A stretch of 63,992 nucleotides of DNA, counting the filler, from Stramenopiles sp. TOSAG23-3 (lineage: Eukaryota), in assembly GCA_900128585.1 (NCBI GenBank). It is 5 parts of 5 records of this genome, joined end to end, with 100 filler letters (N's around TTAATTAATTAA, not from the genome) between each part and the next. Parts side by side here need not be neighbours in the genome. Positions count along the whole stretch, not along the records: positions 52,705 to 63,992 come from LT642747.1; 4 more parts are not named here. One strand, 5' to 3'. Numbering within the stretch: position 1 is the first letter of the stretch; each line of letters begins with the position of its first letter. Both the position numbers and the translations under genes were made by a program. A model generated the notes under the pieces. The model saw only the letters and a program-made list of their open reading frames with translations, ran no database searches and was not told the origin of the DNA. Positions 55,428 through 63,992 of the stretch are shown in pieces.

Positions 55428-56834
55428 TTATAAATCACAATAGCAGTGATCAGCTCGTAGTTCATTAATTTTAATTACTAAAGTTCGCAGCAGTTCGTCT
55501 TCTTCGTCCTCTTCGCTGCTGCTCCAATTGTAAAAGTGGTCTTTATCAATTTCCAGCATTCGGTCTGTCGAGTGAAACTGTGGGTCGTTTCGTTTGGCTT
55601 GGTCGATCGCTTTTCTAGATTTTTCGAATTCAACAGGGTACGCTTTATCAACCCAGACACGACGAGAGGCTTCCTGCTTCCTCTGCCACCGCTTCAGGGC
55701 TATTGCAATTTTCCCATAACGAACTCGCCACCTGGCCTGTATCTTGACCGCCGCCACCTGTCGAGCAATTTTCTCGTTCTCAATGTCCTCGAGCATTTGC
55801 CGATACCGGCGTCGCTGCACAATGCCACGGTAAATAGCCTGAAACGGAATAAACCCGACAAACTTTTCCTTGTTTTCCTCCACACGTTTCTTGATAATCC
55901 TCACGGCATGAAAGAGCGCCGTGCTTACTATATGACCATTCCACAACACTGCTAGGGTATGGGACATTTTTCGGTGCATAATGCGGTTGTCCCGCTGTAC
56001 CCGTAAATACTGGACGTACCGGCGACAAACGTGCTGACGATACCAGGACTGTACGCACACAACTTTTCGAAGCCGCGCCACGAACGTTCCCCAATGAACT
56101 GCTTGCATTCGGCAGGACCTTTCCATCTTTGCCAGAAATTGGCGGGTCAGGCACTGAATCTTTAGCGCAAAGGTGCTGTAGTGTTGGTAGGATTTTTTGC
56201 GGCAGTGCTGCCGGGCTTTGAAGCCCCGAAACAGGGATTGCATGGCCGTGGCTGCGTTGTATATCTGTTTGTTCCTTGCCTTTGCGGCCAAAACTTCACC
56301 TCGGTGCCTTGAAAATCTACGCAATGTAGCGCGGCGTTTTAGTTGTTGGTACGATAGGGCTCTGCTCACTTTATCTCTAATCCTACACCCACGAAGAAAC
56401 GCTTGGATGATAACAACGGGGCCCCGGGTCTCCGTGGCCAATTTAACTCTATGCGGCTTTTTTTCCGCCTCCTCGGCGTCCTGCGCCGGCTTCTCTTTAC
56501 TTTGCTCCTCGTGCATTTTTCGTATGTTCTTCAGTGTAACTTCAATATCAGATAACCGCTCTTCTTCGTTGTTGTATCGATTCTCGCCGTCCGTGTATTC
56601 TTCCTCCCACTCGTTCAACTCTTGTGCAAGTTTCCACTGCTCCTGCCGCAAGAACGCACTGATACCACCTATTTTATCCGTCGACCCGGGAGACCCCTTA
56701 CTATGTTCAAAAGGAAAGTGGATATTGTATTCCCTTCCTTTTTTCTGCCATTTAATATGCCGCGTTCTTATTATTCGGTTCAACTGGGATGCGCTAGGCT
56801 TCATCCTCGGAATTTCACGCTTTTTGTACCTCAT
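55428..56834 (-). CDS. IQ calmodulin-binding motif protein
   Basis: IQAFLRG, MQSLFRG, IQCLTR, VQSWYR, FQAIYRG, IQARWR; ATG 56834 preceded by a pyrimidine tract and CAG (possible upstream exon). Confidence 0.85.
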   Translation of the reverse strand: MRYKKREIPRMKPSASQLNRIIRTRHIKWQKKGREYNIHFPFEHSKGSPGSTDKIGGISAFLRQEQWKLAQELNEWEEEYTDGENRYNNEEERLSDIEVTLKNIRKMHEEQSKEKPAQDAEEAEKKPHRVKLATETRGPVVIIQAFLRGCRIRDKVSRALSYQQLKRRATLRRFSRHRGEVLAAKARNKQIYNAATAMQSLFRGFKARQHCRKKSYQHYSTFALKIQCLTRQFLAKMERSCRMQAVHWGTFVARLRKVVCVQSWYRQHVCRRYVQYLRVQRDNRIMHRKMSHTLAVLWNGHIVSTALFHAVRIIKKRVEENKEKFVGFIPFQAIYRGIVQRRRYRQMLEDIENEKIARQVAAVKIQARWRVRYGKIAIALKRWQRKQEASRRVWVDKAYPVEFEKSRKAIDQAKRNDPQFHSTDRMLEIDKDHFYNWSSSEEDEEDELLRTLVIKINELRADHCYCDL

Positions 56835-57941
56835 CCTGGAGACGACAAAGAACCACAAGGAGAGGACCGCTCGCCACCCGCCGCGCCTCGTTCAACTCAA
56901 GAGTGCCCCCTCTAGACCGCTCGTTCTCTCCTCTATCGTCGATCGAGTATAGTATAACTTCTCCCCGTCCAAATCCCAAAGAAGAAACCGACAAGGAACA
57001 TGTAAACTTCCCGCTTTTCTTAAAGTTATAAACACTACTCACACGCACACATATTATAAAAAGTAACAAGCAAAGTATAAGTAATTTACCAATCGAATAA
57101 AAATATAAATATCATACCGAGTCGTCTATTTTTTTTTATTGACCCAATAATTTATTATTAGCTACCGTATTATGAGTAGTAATTATATTATACCTGTACC
57201 TACCATATTGTTGATAAATATAATAATATTATAGTAGAGAAGACGAAATAAATCCAAGAAGAAGAAGAAGAAGGAAGAAGAAGAGAACACAATAGAAGAG
57301 CAACGGTTACCTTTTTTTAATACGAAGTTCTTCCAATAAATAGTCGTCTAGCTATTCATACTACTTGGAATAAAATAGGACTAAGTCTAGCAAAAAAATT
57401 ATTAACTCGAACACTCGAACACAATGTAATACGAGGAGACGACTTCGTCCTGATGAATGATGTTTGTTGTACGTATGTAATCCATCCATTATCTAAATAA
57501 CTTCCCCACAAAAAATATTATTCCATCGAAGCTTCATGTCGAAGAATAATAATTAATTCTTCTTCTTCCACTTCTTCTTCTTCTTCTTCTTTCTTCTTCG
57601 CGAAAATCGAATAGACGACACAACAACTATTATTATTATTATTATTAAAATTATGTTACTGTAATATTAATACCGTAAATATAATAATATTATTATAATA
57701 ATAATAAAAAATAACAATAATAATATTTTTTGGTTCATTTACTCTCTTGCTCTTCTTCTTATTTTTACCAAACAACAATCCAACCACCACCACCACAAAC
57801 TATCATTCAATTAATTTATGTTTGAACTTTTGAACGGGTAAGAGAAAACACTTCATTTGATATTAAGTTTGTTTAGCCGTACACAGAGAACGGATTTTAG
57901 TGCAGCCAGTGTTTCAGCGATAGGCAATAACAACAAACACA

Positions 57942-59213
57942 ATGTCCACTGCCGGGCCCTTGGAAGTGTCTCCGCCGGCGAAGAAACGCAAAGTAACCAC
58001 GGGCGAACACGTGCCAAATTTTTTGTATACGGACAAGCAGAACGTAGGGGTTAAAGAAGGTGGGGTGTACTTCTCCAAGCAGGGGAATGAGTTAGAACTG
58101 TTGAACGCTTTGTCGATGAATGACTGGGAGTGCCTGCAGCGAGGTCTCTCTGGCTTGCGGGGGTTCAAGGCAAGAATAAGCGGGGAGAATCTGCGTTCAA
58201 TATCGCAGTTTCTTTTGAAGGGCGAGTTTGCCAACGCCGAAATGGAGGCTTACGGCATCGGGCAACGTGAGTGGCGGGGCGAAACTTCCACCAAGAAGGC
58301 AAAAGAAAATATGGGGGCAATAATGAAAAGCATTGTGACGGAAGGCCTCGGAGAGGGCAACGACAAGACCCTTGACGCCAAGGCAAACGAACGGGCCCGC
58401 TTTCGGTACGCGCTGGAGCGATCGAAGATAACCAGCTGCCGGGACACTGCGAGGAAGCAGTGCCGCTTGTCCGCGTATTTCGTTGGCGTAGGAACAACGG
58501 TCCATGGGACGACGTTTGACTCAGACTTACGGAAAATATTGTGCCTTTTGTTGGCGCACAACAAAGAACCGTTCCGTAAACTAGCGGCTTTGTTGCCAAC
58601 GCCTATTATTGATCTGCTGTTGGACAGGCAGCTGCTGCCCTCGTCCAACACCCATTGTGACGTAAAGATCCCAACCCCACAAGCGATCAAGGAACATAAA
58701 CTGTACAAAATAATGTCGATAATCTACAACGTAGCGCTGAAGGGAAATCAAAAGGGCGCAAAGCACGGGGCAGTGCTGTTTGATAATCGCGGCGAATTGC
58801 TTAGCATAGGGTGGAACCATAGGTACGACGTCCCCTCGACGCCGTTGGGGTACAAAGTAATCCACGCCGAAGTCCACGCTTTGGCGCAGTTACGGGGAAG
58901 CCCTGAGAAAAGGAAACGGGCCATTGGGGGCACCATTTACATTGGGGAAATTGATAGGAACAATTACACATTTTGCCATGCCCAGCCGTGCAAAAACTGC
59001 ACCCCTGCGCTGGCCAAAACAGGAGTTGCACGGGCACTGTACACTTCCAACAGGGGGGAATTGTGGGAATTGAATGTAAAGCACAACACCGAAGTAGAAG
59101 CAGCATCGTACGACCTTGCACTAAGGTTCCCAAACTTCAAAAGTGTGGACATGGACGCCTATGAAAAATTGAACATCCCATCGCCCCAAGAACAGAAAGC
59201 TGAGAACGATTAA
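57942..59213 (+). CDS. Cytidine/dCMP deaminase-domain protein with unknown N-terminal region
   Basis: KHGAVL..SIGWN, IHAEVHAL, QPCKNC zinc motifs; NLS PPAKKRK. Confidence 0.85.
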   Translation: MSTAGPLEVSPPAKKRKVTTGEHVPNFLYTDKQNVGVKEGGVYFSKQGNELELLNALSMNDWECLQRGLSGLRGFKARISGENLRSISQFLLKGEFANAEMEAYGIGQREWRGETSTKKAKENMGAIMKSIVTEGLGEGNDKTLDAKANERARFRYALERSKITSCRDTARKQCRLSAYFVGVGTTVHGTTFDSDLRKILCLLLAHNKEPFRKLAALLPTPIIDLLLDRQLLPSSNTHCDVKIPTPQAIKEHKLYKIMSIIYNVALKGNQKGAKHGAVLFDNRGELLSIGWNHRYDVPSTPLGYKVIHAEVHALAQLRGSPEKRKRAIGGTIYIGEIDRNNYTFCHAQPCKNCTPALAKTGVARALYTSNRGELWELNVKHNTEVEAASYDLALRFPNFKSVDMDAYEKLNIPSPQEQKAEND

Positions 59214-59562
59214 AAATCTAAGAAAACAATATACTCTTTTAAAAAAAAACAAACATTTATTATAAGACTCTCTTCATCATTTTAAATCAATTACTATTTC
59301 AATTCCAACCCTAATCCTATCTTGATGTTTTAATTTGATTTTTTAATAGGAACTTTTGACAAGGAAATACTAATTTGAAATTTTAAACTACAGCATAGTC
59401 TCTACGAACTTACGAAGTATATTTTTTGGTAATTTATTTCGTACGAAGTAAAACTAAGAGTTTTTTAATCAAAAGACACGCACAGAGATTATCTTTACGA
59501 AAACATACAAGACACAGATATATTCACACATTTCATTCACAGAAACACAAGTTCGTGTCCCG

Positions 59563-60943
59563 TCAAGTCAGCAAGTTTGCAACGCTATCCCAAGACTCTA
59601 TCCCATTTATAGGAGTACTGTCACGGCCACCATTGGTAAAGTCTAGGAGCCGGCGAGTCGGCGTTGGGGTCTGTCGAGAACTGTATGCACTTCCACTAAT
59701 GGGTAGAAAATCCATGACCCCATCCGTGGGGTATTCCCCAAGGTTCATGTTGTGAATGTTGCTCTCCATCAAATCACTATAGAATATCGGGGACGGGGAA
59801 CGGCGATAAGGATCGATTTGTTCGTAGCCTTTCTTTTTGGTATTGTTGCTTTTGGATTTCTTGTTGCCATTCGCGGCGCTTTTCTTTGAGACTGTTGAGT
59901 TCGCTTTGCTGACTTTTGCCCGCTTTCGTTTCTTCGCTGGGGGCTTGGTGGCCTTTTCTTTTCCCTTTGCGACCTTGCCTTTGCCCTTGCGCCCCTGTAC
60001 CGCCGGTTGCCGCTTCCTTTTCCCGCTGCCTTTCGAAAAGGGGCTATTTTGGCTAGGAGTCCAGTGTCCTTTTTTTTCTTCGGTCGTTTGAATGGTAATA
60101 TTTCGCATATTCTGAGGTCTCCCAGAGGCTTTCTTTCGGACGGTTTTGCTTTGCGCTGACGATTTCCCAATTTTCGTCTGAATACCTCTTTTTGTGGGTA
60201 ATTTCCGGACGGCACCTGCCGTTGCGGGTGTTTTCTTGTTGGCGCCGTCCTTTAAAGCTACTTTCTTGATGGCACCTGTTTTCGTGGGTGCTTTCTTCTT
60301 TGCGCCATTTTTTATGGGTAGTTTTCTATTTGGCCGATGCAGCCTTCGCTCGTTTCGTTGTTGTCATCGTTGGAGCTTTTCCTTTGGCCATGGATGCTTT
60401 CCCTTTGGCCGCCCCAACTTTCTTCCCCCCCGCGCTGCTATTGGCCAGGCTTTTCTTCCCTTTTGCATTTATCAGGTTCATTATTTTAGGGTTCCCCTCC
60501 AGCAGCTGCCGTCTTATCTCCAGATACGTGGGGTGGGTCAGCGGGTCACGCTTTATATCTTCTGTCTTTTTCTGCAGGCCACAGTGCCAATGGTTCTTCA
60601 CCGAGTTGTCGGTGCGACCAACTAAGACTTGGGCAATAAGGCTCCACTTGTTTCCAAACTTCTCTTGCATAGCAATTATTCTACAATTCTCCTCCGCTGA
60701 CCAGTTTCCCTTTCTTATGCTTGGATCGAGCTGGTTGAACCACCGTTCCCGGCACTGTTTCGGGTTTCGCAGCTTTTTCAGCGTACAGAGGTGCTCGCTC
60801 ACTTTCAACCAGCAGTCCGCGACTGGGCGATACTGTGCAACGAAACGACGAAGAATGGCGTCTTCGTCATTCTCCCATTTCTTTCGATTTTGCTTCGGTT
60901 TTCCGGCGGCCTGAATTCGCTTTATTGCTACCATTTTTGGCAT
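59563..60943 (-). CDS. R2R3-MYB transcription factor with Lys/Ala-rich tail, interrupted at AAA-TAG (60326-60331) and continuing in the +1 frame
   Basis: W.NDED..L, RNPKQCRERWFNQLDP, WSAEE, GRTDNSVKNHW; +1 frame open from the TAG to TGA at 59563. Confidence 0.85.
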
Positions 60944-61519
60944 TACCAACGTTTCGTATGAATGAACCAACGAGTTGGTCCTAAACCCACGTACTCCCAC
61001 CTAACCCTTTTCGTGCAAACAGCAGGTGCTATGTTGTATAGTGTGCGTTCGCAATCCACCCCGTGGTTCAACTCTTGAAGGGAGGCGTGGAGACGAGGGA
61101 AAAAACGGTAGTATTAGACACGGTTGGATGACACACGTTTAACAAACAAACACGTTTAACAAACAATCACGTTTCCTGTTCAAATCTTACGAACCGTTTA
61201 ATATAATAATAATGATTTCTTCTTTTTTTTGAGAAGACACTAAAAATAATAAAAAAAATGTTTTCTTCTTCTTCTTCTTCTTCTTCTTTTTTCTTCTTTT
61301 TTTCTTCTTCTTCTTCTTTTATGGTGGTACATTAATAATAGTCGTTCTAGTCCTACACCGTGGTTTAATTGCTTAGTATTTTTTATTATTATTATATTTT
61401 TTATAATAATTTAAAATATAATCAACTGTATACCCTTTATTATTGTAATACTATTTCCTTATTATTATAATTATTTACCCTCATCATCATACGGTACATC
61501 ACTTCTTTTTTGTAGGAAC

Positions 61520-61569
61520 CCTTCCTTCCTTCCTTCCTTCCTTCCTTCCTTCCTTTCTTTCTTTCTTTC

Positions 61570-61612
<43 letters not shown>

Positions 61613-61730
61613 GTTTCTTTCTTTCTTTGTTTCTTTGTTTCTTTGTTTCTTTCTTTCTTTGTTTCTTCCTTCCTTTCTTACTTCCCTCCTTCCTTCCCCC
61701 TCCCCCTTCCCTTCTCTTCTTCTTCTTCTA
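61520..61730 (+). repeat. Pyrimidine-rich compound microsatellite
   Basis: (cttc)n, (cttt)n and (ctttgttt)n runs. Confidence 0.9.
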
Positions 61731-62327
61731 CATTTTTTTAAAATTAATTTTTCATAATAAACTTGTACACATTCTTCTAGTCGTCTAATACTAGACTATA
61801 TATTATTATTATTAGACTATTTATAGTCTTAGTATTACGTAGTCTAATAAGTATAATAATATAAATAATAAAAGAGAACACAGCATTCCTACCCTCTTAT
61901 GTTATTTAATGCTATTTGCGATAATGTTGTGTGTATGTAATTGCGAACATATTTTTTTGTCCTTTTGAAGTACCAAGTAGTTGAGTCCCAAATAATAGTC
62001 GTCTCCTCGTATATAAAATAATACAACAAAATAGCCAGATAGCCAGGCATGTGTCTATTTCGGATGTCAGCCGATATAGATTTTACACCTTTCTCATTCA
62101 CTATAAAACTATAAGTACATATAAACCAATACCAGACAACACCAGTTTACGAGGGCCGTCACGTAAAAGTCGAGTCAGTTTTGATTTCGGATGGCAGACA
62201 GTCAACACACACCACTCACTTGAAACAAATAGAGAGAGATAGAAATAATGGAAAAATTGATGCCTCTTTTATTTACCTTCTATTTTTTATTAGACTATAT
62301 TTATTGTTTGTATTTATATTACTTTAA

Positions 62328-62350
62328 ATAACAGCCAATTTTCTTGTTTT
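62328..62350 (-). promoter_or_regulatory. Conserved gene-3'-associated element, copy 5
   Basis: Exact 23-mer starting 5 nt after the MAP3K stop, sense strand. Confidence 0.6.
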
Positions 62351-62355
62351 TATAT

Positions 62356-63450
62356 TTAACGCCCAAGAACAAAACGTTGTCCAAGCAAATGTCCACATGA
62401 TGGTCTATCTTTAGGCTCACGACAAACGCAGGAAGAAATGAAAAGTTGGAGTGTGTTCGGGAGTTCGTCGGGGATTGCTGGGGTAGCCGTATGCTCTGTG
62501 GCCACGTACAAAAACAGCTGGGGAAGACTTTTGAACCCTCTCTCGTGCCACGGGGCTTTGCTGGTTGCCATCTCCAAGATTAAGCAGCCGAGGCTCCAAA
62601 TGTCGGCGCGCAAGGCATCGAATCCTACGGTCTGGCTGATCACCTCGGGTGCCATAAAGTACGGCGTTCCAATGATTTCCGGGCGGTCCTCTTCTCCAAT
62701 CCTGAACTGCTTGCCCTCCGACCGGAATTTTCGCTTCACTGCCTGCCCAAAATCCGCAAGCTTTGCCATTCCACTGTCCGAGATGAGGACATTGTCACAC
62801 TTCAAATCCCGATGGGCTACGCCCTTGTCATGGAGGTACTTAAGACCGCACAGGATATGCGTCGTGTACAGCCGGACGACTTCGGTCGGCAGCCTGTTGA
62901 AGCTTTTGTACACGCTTTTCAACGACCCCCCAGGGAGCCACTCGGTAAATATAAGTATCGTTTCCATCTGTTTGCCCTCGATACGAGACCCCAAGTACTG
63001 GACGATGTTGGGGTGCTGGAAGGCTTTCAGCATGGCTATCTCTTTGCTGAGCTTTGGGGCGTCCCTTTTGTCGTGGAGCTCAACCTCTTTCACGGCCATG
63101 ATCCTTCCGGTTGTTGACGAGAGTGCCAAAAATACACGCCCGTACGTTCCAGCACCAATGAGCGCTCCCTTGATGTAATCCCCGATCCTGTCGTTTTCGA
63201 GGGTTCGCGAACGGCGGGCGTTTGGCGTCTTGGTCGGTGACGAGCCCCGAGGTGGTATAACGCCTGCAGGGAGTACAGTGTAGCGCGAGGACGGTCGAGC
63301 GTGGGACGGCCGGGACGAAGCCGCTTCAAACGATTGAACCTGCCGTGCCTTCTTCTGGGACGGCACGACTTCGTTGGCTCGCTTTTCACGCTTGTATTTT
63401 TCGTACGAAAACCCTAGCACGTCGCCCTCGCCCTTTGCCTCCGATGCCAT
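62356..63450 (-). CDS. STE11/MEKK-type MAP kinase kinase kinase
   Basis: IGAGTYGRVFL, MAVKEV, HPNIVQYLG, HRDLKCDN, GTPYFMAPEV, ADIWSLGC. Confidence 0.93.
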   Translation of the reverse strand: MASEAKGEGDVLGFSYEKYKREKRANEVVPSQKKARQVQSFEAASSRPSHARPSSRYTVLPAGVIPPRGSSPTKTPNARRSRTLENDRIGDYIKGALIGAGTYGRVFLALSSTTGRIMAVKEVELHDKRDAPKLSKEIAMLKAFQHPNIVQYLGSRIEGKQMETILIFTEWLPGGSLKSVYKSFNRLPTEVVRLYTTHILCGLKYLHDKGVAHRDLKCDNVLISDSGMAKLADFGQAVKRKFRSEGKQFRIGEEDRPEIIGTPYFMAPEVISQTVGFDALRADIWSLGCLILEMATSKAPWHERGFKSLPQLFLYVATEHTATPAIPDELPNTLQLFISSCVCREPKDRPSCGHLLGQRFVLGR

Positions 63451-63992
63451 CGTTGCCTATATAACAACGAGTTGCCAAAACGGCGCCCAGCCTTCAACTC
63501 CCATGCACTACCACAGCAAGAGTGCAGAACTAAAGCGTTAAAATCGCTTGGATGAATTATAAAAAATGGTAGATGGCATTTCAAATTCATAGGCATGAAG
63601 TGTATTAATAGTTAAATAAAGTCTTAAAGTACTTCTTTCCTTCTTGCCTGAAGGTCTGAAGAAAGTCCTGAGTCCTGAACATCCTCTTCTCTGTCCCACC
63701 GGGGGCCGGGGGGGGTCGGTATTAATTATTATTTATTATTGGCTCATCCTCCTCCTCGCGCTTCTTCTTATCATATTAAAACTTATTAATATTAATTAAT
63801 ACCTGGTAGTCTATTACCTCCTACTATTCATACGCTATAATAATAAAAATGAAATAAAATATCCTTCTTCTTTCTTCTTTCTTCTTCTTCTTCTTCTTCT
63901 TCTACTTGGTACTTCTTCTACTTAATTCTTTTTTTTTTTATAAAAAATAAATATAAAAAAAAAAAAGAGAGCTGACAACGACGACGAACGTT

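Noticed and set aside
56815-57069. Fourth +1 junction (GCG-TGA) upstream of the IQ gene
   Set aside because: Upstream frame has no ATG, and the main ORF has its own ATG after a good pyrimidine-CAG acceptor; not counted.
23748-63450. MAPK and MAP3K as a linked signalling cluster
   Set aside because: On different scaffolds joined artificially.

Overview
Eukaryotic nuclear DNA, most consistent with a compact stramenopile-like protist (inferred from gene repertoire; not provable here). About 30 almost intron-free genes of moderate GC are separated by very AT-rich spacers with (GAA)n/(TAA)n microsatellites. The window is not contiguous: five unrelated scaffolds of about 13.1 kb, sorted by size, are joined by artificial N44-TTAATTAATTAA-N44 linkers. 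Recognisable genes include a CBP/p300 acetyltransferase, eIF3g, ACSBG acyl-CoA ligase, a CCT protein, MAPK, RBM34, KdsA, a Chs5-N-like protein, E2F, a RADX-like protein, selenoprotein K (UGA-Sec plus SECIS), THOC7, a nitrilase, PLAC8, a Nod19/DOMON protein, an IQ protein, a deaminase, an R2R3-MYB and a MAP3K. The most notable signals are: (1) three genes interrupted at a TAG and continuing in the +1 frame, one at the Euplotes-type AAA-TAG motif; (2) an identical 21-nt element near gene 3' ends, once on each of the five scaffolds; (3) a palindromic ~95-nt tandem array ending in an inverted copy, inside a cluster of divergent chromatin-reader genes; (4) enriched short intergenic motifs. Domain calls are made by eye from remembered family motifs and need HMM confirmation.
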